From Trueperaceae bacterium (GTDB taxonomy: Bacteria; Deinococcota; Deinococci; Deinococcales; Trueperaceae), in assembly GCA_965214995.1 (NCBI GenBank), contig CBDCCT010000002.1:4795160-4859159 (forward strand): a DNA stretch of 64,000 bases. Direction: 5' to 3'. Below, in pieces: positions 49,326 through 58,561 of this stretch. Positions within the stretch are counted from its first letter, which is position 1. Each line of letters begins with the position of its first letter. The notes below the pieces were generated by a model. The model was given only the letters and a program-made list of their open reading frames with translations, had not been told where the DNA came from and made no database searches. The position numbers and the translations under genes are program-made.

Positions 49326-49479
49326 GGTTCTCCTCCAGAAATGGCTTAGCGTTATCTTACCCGAAGAGGGAGAGTTTACCCTAAGATGCCCCAAGATGAA
49401 TGTGCGGCTCGAGCCTCACCCCCGCTTTCAAAGTCTTTGCCGCCGCCGTGAGAGTAGAATATGCCCAAAGAGGAGACTC

Positions 49480-50538
49480 GTGACGACCAAAACAGAAATT
49501 TTCAACCCACAAAGCGCGACCGACGCCGACTTTAAGGCGCTCAACGAGCACTTCAACCGCTTACGCGCCGAGACGCACCCGGACGACCCGCCCCGCTCGC
49601 TCGCATACACCGTCAAGAATCTTAGAAGCTGGGAAAAGCTCGAGGACGTGGACGTGACGTTATGTGTTGTATGGGGAGACGAGGACGGAAGCCAAGATGG
49701 AATCGTGGCGCACGCTTTAACGGACGTCGCGCACATGAACGAGAACAAACACCTGATGGGCGCTTCGGTTGAGGTCTTGCCCAAGTATAGACGTCGGGGT
49801 TTGGCAAAGGGGCTGCTAGTTAAGGTTCTGGAAACCGCCCAGGCGGAGAACCGCACCCTCATGGTAGGTGTCACGAACACCCGCGTTCCGGCTGGTGCTG
49901 CCTTTGCCGAAAAACTAGGCGCTAAAGCAGGCCTTCAAGCGCACATAAATCAGCTCGTTTTGGCCGAACTCGAGCCCGATTTGCTCCGCCGCTGGCAGGA
50001 AAATGCAGAGACGACGGCAAGTGAATTCGAGCTGGGGCTGTGGACGATACCCTACCCGGAAGAGGAAATTGAAGCCATTGCTGCTATGTACGAGGTGATG
50101 AATACGGAACCGCGGGGCGACCTCGAGATTGAAGACCACACCGTCGCCCCCAAAGACTTACGCCAGGATGAAGCCTACCTAGCGGCTCGAGGGGTCGAGC
50201 GCTGGACGTTTTATACGAAACATAAACCTTCGGGCGAACTCGCGGGCTACACCGAAGTTTTCTGGGACCCGGAGGAGCCGGAGAATGTTCGGCAGGGCGA
50301 CACGGGCGTCTTGCCCAAATACCGCGGGCACGGCTTAGGCAAGTGGCTCAAGGCGGCGATGCTCGAGAAAGTCTTGCGCGAGCGCCCCCAGGTCAAACGC
50401 GTCCGCACGGGCAACGCCGACACCAACGCGCCGATGCTCGCCATCAACCGCGCGTTAGGGTTCAAGCCCTACCTTTCGGAGACGGTGTGGCAGCTCGAGA
50501 GAGATAAGTTACAAGCGTACCTGGCAAACAAGGCTTGA
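49480..50538 (+). CDS. tandem-GNAT N-acetyltransferase
   Basis: Two GNAT cores ('RRRGLAKGLL' and 'RGHGLGKWL'). Likely GTG start at 49480. Confidence 0.7.
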   Translation: MTTKTEIFNPQSATDADFKALNEHFNRLRAETHPDDPPRSLAYTVKNLRSWEKLEDVDVTLCVVWGDEDGSQDGIVAHALTDVAHMNENKHLMGASVEVLPKYRRRGLAKGLLVKVLETAQAENRTLMVGVTNTRVPAGAAFAEKLGAKAGLQAHINQLVLAELEPDLLRRWQENAETTASEFELGLWTIPYPEEEIEAIAAMYEVMNTEPRGDLEIEDHTVAPKDLRQDEAYLAARGVERWTFYTKHKPSGELAGYTEVFWDPEEPENVRQGDTGVLPKYRGHGLGKWLKAAMLEKVLRERPQVKRVRTGNADTNAPMLAINRALGFKPYLSETVWQLERDKLQAYLANKA

Positions 50539-51620
50539 CGCCCCCAGACCCTACACTGGGGGGCGTGAGGCGCGCGCGGCTGTACACGGAACTCGGCATC
50601 GTTGGCCTTGTCACCTTTTTGGGGGTGTGGGGTCTCGTCGCGCCTCGAGGTTTGGTCGAGCGGGACTACTCGAGGCTCTTCTACCCCCGCGTCACGCACC
50701 TGGTGGTGCCCTTAACCTCTCCCCTGCCGTTTTCGCTCGGCGCGCTCCTGCTGGTCATGCTGACACTTGGGGGGGCCATTTGGCTCGTTGCGAGTTGGCG
50801 ACGCCGCAGAGGGCGGTTCGGCGCATGGTTTAGGGGCTGGGCGTGGCGCGTTTTCGTCGTGACCGCCCTCGTTTACGGCTGGTTCCTGGTCGCCTGGGGT
50901 GCGAACTACGGGCGGGAGCCTGTGGAGACGCTGCTGGGGCTGCCGGGGGCGGAATCCGTCGACACGGGGGAGGTGGAGGCGCTGGCGCATCTTCTCGGGG
51001 AGGTGGTGCGGGAGAACGTCGGTAGCGACCGGGACGTGACGTTGGCGTTGGCGTCCGTGCGGGCGTCGCTGGTCCGTCTGCTCAAGCGCCACGACCTAAC
51101 GGGTTTAGACCTTCCCGCGCGGGTCAAAAGCCTGCCGCCCGGGACGCTGTTGACCTTTGGTTATGCGGGTATCACGTCCCCGTTCACGCTCGAGGCCCAC
51201 GTCGACGGCGGCCTCACCGACGTGTCCAAGGTGGCGGTGGCGACGCACGAACTCGCGCACACGGCGGGTTTCGCGCGCGAGGCCGACGCCGACCTCGTGG
51301 CGGCGCTCGCCGGACTGGGCGCGGATGACCCTTACGCGCGCTACGCGGTGGCGCTGAGCTTTTTTGCGAAGGCTGCTAGGGTATTGCCGGAAGAAACGTA
51401 CAGGCCTCTTTACGATGCACTCCCCGTGTCGGCCAAACGGGATTTGGCCGAAATGCAGGAGGTGTCTGCGCGCTACTACCGGCCCGCGTTGGCGCGGCCT
51501 CTCTCGAGCCTCTACGACCGTTATCTGCGCGCGCAGGGCGTAGACGCGGGCGTGGCGGATTATGACCGCGTGGTGACGCTGCTCGTAAGAGCGCGGCGGC
51601 GCGGGCTTTTGGAGGGCTGA
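50535..51620 (+). CDS. membrane protein with HExxH-like motif (DUF3810-like, putative metallopeptidase)
   Basis: N-terminal TM helices and 'VATHELAHTAGF'. It overlaps the GNAT stop by 4 nt. The DUF number is tentative. Confidence 0.5.
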   Translation: MTPPDPTLGGVRRARLYTELGIVGLVTFLGVWGLVAPRGLVERDYSRLFYPRVTHLVVPLTSPLPFSLGALLLVMLTLGGAIWLVASWRRRRGRFGAWFRGWAWRVFVVTALVYGWFLVAWGANYGREPVETLLGLPGAESVDTGEVEALAHLLGEVVRENVGSDRDVTLALASVRASLVRLLKRHDLTGLDLPARVKSLPPGTLLTFGYAGITSPFTLEAHVDGGLTDVSKVAVATHELAHTAGFAREADADLVAALAGLGADDPYARYAVALSFFAKAARVLPEETYRPLYDALPVSAKRDLAEMQEVSARYYRPALARPLSSLYDRYLRAQGVDAGVADYDRVVTLLVRARRRGLLEG

Positions 51621-52696
51621 TGGTTCCCACCGTTCACTTGACCGGCACACCTTTTGAGCAGGGCGTCACGCATGGGGAGAGGCTTAAACGTGAGATTGCG
51701 CGCAACCTAGAAGTCTATTTCCAGCGCTTTAAAGACGAAGTGCATCTTCCTAAAGACGAAGTCTTGCGCCGCGCGGCCGCTTACGCGGCGGCCATCCGGA
51801 CCCAGAACCCCGACTACCACGCGACCATGCAGGGCGTCGCGGCGGGCTCGGGCTTTACCCCCGCCGAAATCGCCGCGCTCAACGTCCGCTACGAGATTCT
51901 TTATTACGAGTTCGGCGCGGGCGGCGCGGCCAACCTCCCTGACGGCTGCACCGCGTTTGCTTTGGCACCCAGCGCCACCGCCGAAAAGCACCTGCTCATG
52001 GGCGAGAACTGGGACTGGATTCCGCAGGTGGCGGGCGCGGTGCTGCGCACGGCGCACGAACGCGGTCCCGCCACCCTCGCTTTCACGGAGGCGGGCATCG
52101 TGGGCGGCAAAATCGGCCTGAACAGCGCGGGGCTCGGCCTCGCCATTAATGGCCTCACCAGTTTGGACGACGACTGGAAAACGCTGCGCAAGCCCTTTCA
52201 CGTGCGCTGCTACGAAATCCTGCGGCAGGAGACGTTCGCGGCGGCCGAAGCGGTGGTGACGGACGAGGCCCGCGCCTGCACAACGAACTTTCTCCTCTCA
52301 GGGACGCCCGACCAAATCGTGAATTTAGAGGCCGCGCCGGAGCGGGTGAATGCGCTTACCGCCTCCCAAGGCTGCCTCGTCCACGCGAACCACTTTGCCG
52401 ACCCCGAAGGGATGCGGGAAGCGCCGAGCGAGCGCCGCGACTATTCGTGTCACCGCCAGGCGCGCCTGCACGCGCTCCTGACCGACGGGCGACCGCTGAG
52501 CGTCGCCCAAATTAAACAAGCGCTGCGCGACCACGACGGCCACCCCAACTCGGTCTGCCGCCACGAAGACCCCGACTACGGCCCGGAGGAGCATTACATC
52601 ACCGTCACGTCGGTGGTCATGGATTTGGACGCCAAGACGATGTGGCTGAGCGACGGCCCGCCCTGCGAAAACGCGTACGAGGAAGTCAAGCTTTAG
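51620..52696 (+). CDS. C45-family Ntn-hydrolase (acyl-CoA:6-aminopenicillanic acid acyltransferase-like)
   Basis: 'DGCTAF' nucleophile motif, ~358 aa. Its start codon overlaps the upstream stop. Confidence 0.7.
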   Translation: MVPTVHLTGTPFEQGVTHGERLKREIARNLEVYFQRFKDEVHLPKDEVLRRAAAYAAAIRTQNPDYHATMQGVAAGSGFTPAEIAALNVRYEILYYEFGAGGAANLPDGCTAFALAPSATAEKHLLMGENWDWIPQVAGAVLRTAHERGPATLAFTEAGIVGGKIGLNSAGLGLAINGLTSLDDDWKTLRKPFHVRCYEILRQETFAAAEAVVTDEARACTTNFLLSGTPDQIVNLEAAPERVNALTASQGCLVHANHFADPEGMREAPSERRDYSCHRQARLHALLTDGRPLSVAQIKQALRDHDGHPNSVCRHEDPDYGPEEHYITVTSVVMDLDAKTMWLSDGPPCENAYEEVKL

Positions 52697-52716
52697 AAAC
52701 GCTCGCTCGAGGCGGG

Positions 52717-53031
52717 CTAACGTTCGACCGCAAGCTCGGCCTCTTCCCAGGCGAGCAGGCCGCCCGCCACGTTGACCGCGTCGTAGCCCCGCCCCAACAA
52801 AAACTCCGTGACCTGCGCGCTACGCCTACCGGAGCGGCAATGCACCACGATGTCGCGGTCTTTGGGCAGCTCGTCTTCATAACGCCCCATAAACTCTGAG
52901 AGGGGCAGGAGGAGACTCCCGCCGATGCGCACCTCGTCGAACTCGTTTTGCTCCCTCACGTCGAGGAGCAGCGCGCCCGCGTTGATGCGTTGTTGGGCCT
53001 CGAGCACACTCACTTCCGGCGTCTCGTTCAT
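52717..53031 (-). CDS. rhodanese-domain sulfurtransferase
   Basis: 'IVVHCRSGRRS' active-site loop, 104 aa. Confidence 0.85.
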   Translation of the reverse strand: MNETPEVSVLEAQQRINAGALLLDVREQNEFDEVRIGGSLLLPLSEFMGRYEDELPKDRDIVVHCRSGRRSAQVTEFLLGRGYDAVNVAGGLLAWEEAELAVER

Positions 53032-53122
53032 GAGGCCACTATAGCGGCGTAGCGAGGCGGAAGGGTTCTTTCACGACACCCACACAACGGGTCCCCGCGC
53101 AATCGAAGGGTTAGGCTAGCGT

Positions 53123-53614
53123 ATGCACTCCCCTACAGACACCTATACCGAACACATCCTCACGCTTCTGGGCGACGAGGACCCCATCAAGGTCTTGGAG
53201 AACACGCCGCGCGTTTTAGAGCACCTTTTAGAAAGCCTCGGCGAGTACCGCATGACTCAGTCCTACGCGCCCGGAAAATGGACGGCGCGGGAGATTCTTT
53301 GTCACATGGCGGACGTGGAACTGGGAAAAAGCTTCCGGATTCGGCAAGTGTTGGCGGGTGCCCCCGTCCAGGTTTTCGACCAGGACAGGTGGGCGGCGCG
53401 TTACGGGCGGCTCGAGCCCGCTTTGGCCGTCGAGACGTTCCGCGCCCTCCGCGCTTGGAACTTGGCGCTCTTCGCGGGGTTCGACCTTCACGACTGGCTC
53501 ACCGAAGCGCGGCACCCCGAGCGCGGCCCCGTGAGTTTGGACTTGGAGGTGCGGTTCATGGCGGGCCACGACCTCAACCACTTGGCGCAGCTCCAAACGA
53601 TTGCGGAGGGCTAA
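53123..53614 (+). CDS. DinB/YfiT-family (DinB_2) protein
   Basis: About 163 aa with a DinB_2-like His triad (H..., 'HDLNHLAQL'). Confidence 0.7.
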   Translation: MHSPTDTYTEHILTLLGDEDPIKVLENTPRVLEHLLESLGEYRMTQSYAPGKWTAREILCHMADVELGKSFRIRQVLAGAPVQVFDQDRWAARYGRLEPALAVETFRALRAWNLALFAGFDLHDWLTEARHPERGPVSLDLEVRFMAGHDLNHLAQLQTIAEG

Positions 53615-53713
53615 GGGCTCATCTGTTGGGCAGGCCACTGTGGCGTTCCGCCGCTCGTATGGTAGATAAGAACATGCCCACTTCTTCAACCTTCCCGCCC
53701 GACCGGACCGCCC

Positions 53714-54559
53714 TTGGACGTTAGAGCCCCCTCGAGCACCCGCTGGGCCTCACATGGCTGGACAGGTTTGCTCCTCATCGCCGTCTGCTGGCCGCTCACC
53801 TGGTTTTTGCCCGGCCTGCGCTCGCACCTGCTCTTTTTCCCGCTCTGGCTGGGCTACATTTTGGTCGTGGACGCGCTCGTGTTGAAGCGGCGCGGCAGCT
53901 CGATTCTGACGCGTTCGAAGCGGGGCTTCACCATGCTTTTTGTGCTCTCCGCGCCCGCCTGGTGGCTTTTCGAACTCATCAACCTGCGCACCCAGAACTG
54001 GCACTACTTAGGGGCTGAAGATATGGGCAGACTCGCCTACGCGCTCACCGCCTCGCTGGCCTTTTCCACGGTCATCCCGGCGGTGTTCGAGACAGCGGAG
54101 CTGGCGCGCTCTTTTTCATGGGTTGACAGGCTCCGGCGGGGGCCGCGCATCCCCAAGAGTAAGCGCACGGCGCTCGTGCTGTTCGGGCTCGGCCTCACCA
54201 TGCTGGGGCTTGTTTTGGGGTGGCCCATTTATTTTTATCCGTTCGTGTGGGGCTCGGTTTACTGTCTGTTGGAACCGCTCAATATGCGGCTCGGCAAGGG
54301 CTCGCTGCTCGAGCCGCTAAGCCGCGGCGACTGGCGGCCGGTGGTGGCGCTGGGCTTAGGCGCGCTTATCTGCGGCTTTTTCTGGGAGATGTGGAATTAT
54401 TACGCGCTGCCCAAGTGGGTTTACACCACGCCCGGCGTCGAGTTTTTGTACGTGTTCGAGATGCCGCTCGTAGGTTTTATCGGCTATATCCCTTTCGCGT
54501 TCGAGCTTTACGCGCTTTTTCACCTGCTCAAATGGCGGCCTTTGGAACTCGAGCTGTAG
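53714..54559 (+). CDS. polytopic membrane protein, unknown function
   Basis: About 8 TM helices, rich in Trp/Tyr. It lies directly upstream of the geranylgeranyl-reductase-like gene. A carotenoid or isoprenoid-lipid role is possible by context only. Confidence 0.45.
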   Translation: MDVRAPSSTRWASHGWTGLLLIAVCWPLTWFLPGLRSHLLFFPLWLGYILVVDALVLKRRGSSILTRSKRGFTMLFVLSAPAWWLFELINLRTQNWHYLGAEDMGRLAYALTASLAFSTVIPAVFETAELARSFSWVDRLRRGPRIPKSKRTALVLFGLGLTMLGLVLGWPIYFYPFVWGSVYCLLEPLNMRLGKGSLLEPLSRGDWRPVVALGLGALICGFFWEMWNYYALPKWVYTTPGVEFLYVFEMPLVGFIGYIPFAFELYALFHLLKWRPLELEL

Positions 54560-54573
54560 ACCCATGACCCAAA

Positions 54574-55824
54574 ATGCCACAACGGGATTTTGTGACCCCA
54601 GCTTATAACGTGCTGTACGACGCCGTCGTCGTGGGTGCCGGGCCGGGGGGCTCGGCGGCGGCGTACGGGCTCGCCAAGGCGGGGTCTAAAGTGCTGCTCT
54701 TGGACGGGGCGAGCTTCCCGCGCGACAAAACCTGTGGCGACGGCCTCACCCCGCGCGCGGTGCAGATGCTAAACGAGATGGGGCTGGACCCTCTGAAGAT
54801 TCCCGGCGCGTGGCGCATGGACGGTGTGGAGGTCGTGGCCCCCAACGGTCGCACAGTCGCCCTGGACCTGCCCCGGAAACCGGACTGGCCCGACCACATC
54901 GTCGTGGCCCCGCGTTACGCGCTTGACGATGCGGTTCGCGCCTTAGCCCTGGAGGCGGGTGCGCATTTTCAAAGGGTGCGGGTGAAGGGGCTGGAGCGCA
55001 ACACCCACGTCACCGTCTACGGTCAGAGGGAGGGACAAGACGTTTCTTTCCAGGGCCGCGCGGTCGTCCTGGCGACGGGGGCGAACAGCGGTCTGCTTGT
55101 GAAAGAAGGGGTGCTCGAGCGCTCCCCCCCGCCCACGCTGGCGGCCAGGGCTTACCTGGAAAACATCCAAAACCTACCCCAACGAATGCAGTTTCGCTTC
55201 GACCATCTACCGCTCCCCGGCTACGGCTGGATTTTTCCCACCTCACCCACGACCGCCAACGTCGGCGTGGCGCTCTATCCATCGCCCGGTGTGTGGAAAC
55301 GTTTTATAAAACCTACGTTACCCAGAAGGGCGCTCGAGCCTTTTCTACAGTCGCCCGCAGTCCAGGCGTCTCTAAAAGGCGCGCGCTTTGCGGGTCCCAT
55401 CCAAGGTTTCCCCATCCGCATGGATTTCCCGCGCCATTCCGCCGTGGGCGACCGCGTCTTGCTCGTCGGCGAGGCGGCGGGGCTGGTGAACCCGCTTACG
55501 GGGGACGGGATTGATTTCGCCTTAGAGTCCGGGCTTTTGGCCGCGCGTCACCTTGCCGCCGTCCTCGCCCGTGGTGAGGCGTCTCGAGAAGGGCTTATGG
55601 ACTACAACGCCGTTTTACGCGAACGCTTTGGCTCGCTCTTCTCTTTTTCCCGCACGCTCCAAAAAGCCCTTCTTTCACCGGGGCTGCTCAACACGCTCGT
55701 TTACTTTGCGGAGCGGCGACCAGAGCTTGCCAGGGGGCTTTCTAGCATCGTTCTCGGCCCCGACACGTCTCAACTTGGTAAACGCGCGTTGCGCCGCGCC
55801 TTGCGGGGGCTTACTGCTTCGTGA
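54574..55824 (+). CDS. geranylgeranyl reductase-family FAD-dependent oxidoreductase
   Basis: 'YDAVVVGAGPGGSAAAYGLAKAG' and 'CGDGLTPR' motifs. Confidence 0.8.
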   Translation: MPQRDFVTPAYNVLYDAVVVGAGPGGSAAAYGLAKAGSKVLLLDGASFPRDKTCGDGLTPRAVQMLNEMGLDPLKIPGAWRMDGVEVVAPNGRTVALDLPRKPDWPDHIVVAPRYALDDAVRALALEAGAHFQRVRVKGLERNTHVTVYGQREGQDVSFQGRAVVLATGANSGLLVKEGVLERSPPPTLAARAYLENIQNLPQRMQFRFDHLPLPGYGWIFPTSPTTANVGVALYPSPGVWKRFIKPTLPRRALEPFLQSPAVQASLKGARFAGPIQGFPIRMDFPRHSAVGDRVLLVGEAAGLVNPLTGDGIDFALESGLLAARHLAAVLARGEASREGLMDYNAVLRERFGSLFSFSRTLQKALLSPGLLNTLVYFAERRPELARGLSSIVLGPDTSQLGKRALRRALRGLTAS

Positions 55825-55846
55825 TTAGCTCCTCAAAAAGCAAACA

Positions 55847-55876
55847 CCCCCGGATCGCTGCCGGGGGCGCTGCTTT
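55847..55876 (+). terminator. possible terminator hairpin (cccccgg-N7-ccggggg + gctttg) in convergent intergenic region
   Basis: 7-bp GC stem with a weak T-tract. Confidence 0.3.
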
Positions 55877-56020
55877 GAAAAAGAGGGCGGGAGTGGGAGA
55901 TGGTGATGCAGAGTGCCCGCCCAAAGAAAGTGTAGAGGAGAGGCCCTTACAGAATCCTTTCGGCTTTGTCAGGGTTTTCTTACTCGGTTAGCCGTGACAG
56001 CGTTGCCGCACCCAATGTCT

Positions 56021-58300
56021 TTATTCTGTTGGGCAATTGACTAAGTTACCCGTAGACTCGTCAACCGGCAAGAAGGGCAAGTTGCTTTGGGGCGGGGCGG
56101 AGCAGTCGAAAACGGTGTTGCCGCTGATTCGGCTAACATCTGAGATGCTGCCGGAACTGAGGCTGCCGAAACCCGAGACGGAGGTGAGCATGGCGTTGTC
56201 GTCGATAACGAGCACTTCAACATCTGCGAGTTGCCCGAAACCGGAGATGGAGGTGAGAGCACCATTGTTGCGGGAGACGAACCCTCCACCTATATTCGCA
56301 AGTTGCCCGAAACCCGAGATGGATGTAAGGCGAAGGTTCTCGGAAATATCGACATCTACGCCGACACTCTCCAAGCTCCCAAAACCTGAAACAGAAGTGA
56401 GGACGTCACTGGAGATGCGAAGCGTTCCAATAACCGTTTCCAGGTCATCGAGGGGTGAAAAGTCGAGCATTTCGTTGGCAAAGATGAGCAAGTCGCCGCC
56501 AACCCTATCTACGCCCTCGAGCGCGTCCAGCTCCGCCTGGGTCCTGACTATCGCGTTGGACTCGAAAAAAGGACCTTTCACGGGGCAGTTGACCAGGTTG
56601 CCCACCGACTCGTTTACGGGCAAAAAGGGCAAATTGCTTTGGGGCGGGACGGAGCAGTCGAACACGTCGTTGTCGTTAATTTGGCTCGTGACTATTTGGC
56701 CGTCAGGTTCGGAGGAGGGCAGGGGCGCGAAGCCCGAGATGGAGGTGAGCGAATCGTTGTTGGAGATGCTCAGGGAGCCCCTAACGAAATCGTCTTCATC
56801 GCCGGGCGGGATAAAGGTGAGCGACGTAAAGCCCGAAATGGCGGTAAGCGAGGCGTTGTCGGAGATGGTCACGCTGCCGCCGTCGACCCGGTTGAGTTCC
56901 CCAAAACCTGTGACCTCGAGCAGCGACGCGTTGTTGGAGATGGAGAAAGAGCTGGGGAGAAAATCGTCGCCTGTGACGGCTTCAAGACTCCCGAACTCCG
57001 GGATAGACACGAGCGAGGGGTTGTTCTCGATAAGGAAGCTTCCGGAACTGTCTATGCTGTCACTGCCGGCGAGCCTGAGATTCTCGAAGCCCGAGAAGGA
57101 CTCAAGCGCGTCGTTGTTGGAGATGGAGAAGAGCCCACCACCGCCCTGGAAAGGGTTCAAAACGAGCTCAAGTTCTCCAAAGCCCGAGAAGGAAACGAGC
57201 GCGTCGTTATTCTCTAAAAAGAAGCTGTTGGCCCTCTCGAGCGCCCCGAACGCCGGGATGGAGGTGAGCGCGGGGTTGTTCCTGACGAAAAAGCTGCCGG
57301 TGTCGCTGAGGCTTTCAAAGCCCGCTACAGAAACGAGCGAAGCGTTCTCGAAGATAGCCAAGCCGGTGGTGCGCCTGAGATTCCCGAAGCCCGAAACGGT
57401 GACGAGCGAGGGGTTGTCGAATATATCAAGGCCAAAGCCCCCGACTTCCTCGAGCCCCCCGAAGCCCGAAACGGAAACGAGCGAGGGGTTGTCGCGGATG
57501 GTGAACTCGGGGATAAGCTCGAAGTCGTTAGTGGGAAAGGTCGCCACCGTTCTGAGGTTGTCAAAGCCGGAGATGGACGTGAGATTGGGGTTACGCTCGA
57601 CGAGAAAGCTCCTGACGATGGTCTGTAAGCTGCTAAGCGGCGAGAAGTCGAGCGTTGAAGCGTCGGTGCCAACAATCAAGCTTCCTTCTATCCTGGTGCA
57701 GCCCCTAAGCGCGTCGATGTCCGCTTGGGTCTGGATGGTCACATTGCTCTCAACCACGCCGTCAGCGCCGCACCCGCCTGGGTTTACGGGCTCGGTTACG
57801 GCGAAAGCTTGAACGATGTAAAGAAACCTTTCCCCCTTGTGTTTAACGGTAAAGGTCAGCGTGGAGGTGGTCTCGCCGGGTGATAAGACCCCGTCACCGC
57901 CTAAGTCGGCGTCCGTGACCCTGGGTTCAGTCGAGCGTTGGTAGTTGCCCGTCTGGGGTGACGTGACAGGGCCGAAGGAGAAGGGCTGCAAAAAGTTGGT
58001 GTTGCTCGTGACGTTGGTAAATGTTGCCTTGATAGTGAGGGTGTTGTTGGCGCCAAAGATGTAGCGCGCGTTTTTTAGCCTTAGCTGCGTTTCTGGGTCG
58101 AGCTGGGTGAACTGTTGGGTTCCCAAAGCTGCGGGCTCGAGTTGGGTGACGGTGATGTCTTCCCCGGCAGGGTCGATATCAAACTGAAAGCTGGCGACGT
58201 TCGCCGCGTTGTCCGGAGCGGTTCCTACTTCTGGCGTCTCGCTACAGGCGGCGAGCACGAGCAGGCTTAGCAACACCAACAAACCAACAGAACGTTTCAT
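56021..58300 (-). CDS. BspA-like leucine-rich-repeat surface lipoprotein (internally duplicated)
   Basis: Lipobox 'LLVLAAC'. ~22-aa repeats of the form 'L.SISGF.NL..V.G.L.I.NN..L'. The module 'DCS.PPQSNLPFLPV.ES.GNLVNCP' occurs mid-protein and again at the C-terminus. GC is about 55–58%. Confidence 0.6.
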   Translation of the reverse strand: MKRSVGLLVLLSLLVLAACSETPEVGTAPDNAANVASFQFDIDPAGEDITVTQLEPAALGTQQFTQLDPETQLRLKNARYIFGANNTLTIKATFTNVTSNTNFLQPFSFGPVTSPQTGNYQRSTEPRVTDADLGGDGVLSPGETTSTLTFTVKHKGERFLYIVQAFAVTEPVNPGGCGADGVVESNVTIQTQADIDALRGCTRIEGSLIVGTDASTLDFSPLSSLQTIVRSFLVERNPNLTSISGFDNLRTVATFPTNDFELIPEFTIRDNPSLVSVSGFGGLEEVGGFGLDIFDNPSLVTVSGFGNLRRTTGLAIFENASLVSVAGFESLSDTGSFFVRNNPALTSIPAFGALERANSFFLENNDALVSFSGFGELELVLNPFQGGGGLFSISNNDALESFSGFENLRLAGSDSIDSSGSFLIENNPSLVSIPEFGSLEAVTGDDFLPSSFSISNNASLLEVTGFGELNRVDGGSVTISDNASLTAISGFTSLTFIPPGDEDDFVRGSLSISNNDSLTSISGFAPLPSSEPDGQIVTSQINDNDVFDCSVPPQSNLPFLPVNESVGNLVNCPVKGPFFESNAIVRTQAELDALEGVDRVGGDLLIFANEMLDFSPLDDLETVIGTLRISSDVLTSVSGFGSLESVGVDVDISENLRLTSISGFGQLANIGGGFVSRNNGALTSISGFGQLADVEVLVIDDNAMLTSVSGFGSLSSGSISDVSRISGNTVFDCSAPPQSNLPFLPVDESTGNLVNCPTE

Positions 58301-58561
58301 GATGGGTCCTTTCGAGAACCTTGGTCAAGAGGGTTGAAAATTGATGCGGAGGCGGAGTGGTGGTCGTGTGCCACTCCGCCGACCGAGTAAGAAGCGGTTA
58401 CGGCGAGAACGAGCCAAAGAAGCCTTGCAGCGTCACCTCCTGCACGGTGCCGCGCTCGGTGAGTGTGGGGGTGAGGTAGAACAGTTTGGGCTCCTCAAAA
58501 GGTTTCTTGTCCTCACGCGGTTCTTGGGGTTCGGGTACGGGTTCCACGGTGTCTCCTTTCG

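Noticed and set aside
56037-57812. 591-aa plus-strand ORF, plus others at 59190–59731, opposite the LRR lipoprotein genes
   Set aside because: This is the antisense frame kept open by LRR periodicity. It is Ser/Pro/Lys-rich and low-complexity. The minus-strand proteins have a lipobox and a coherent domain structure.
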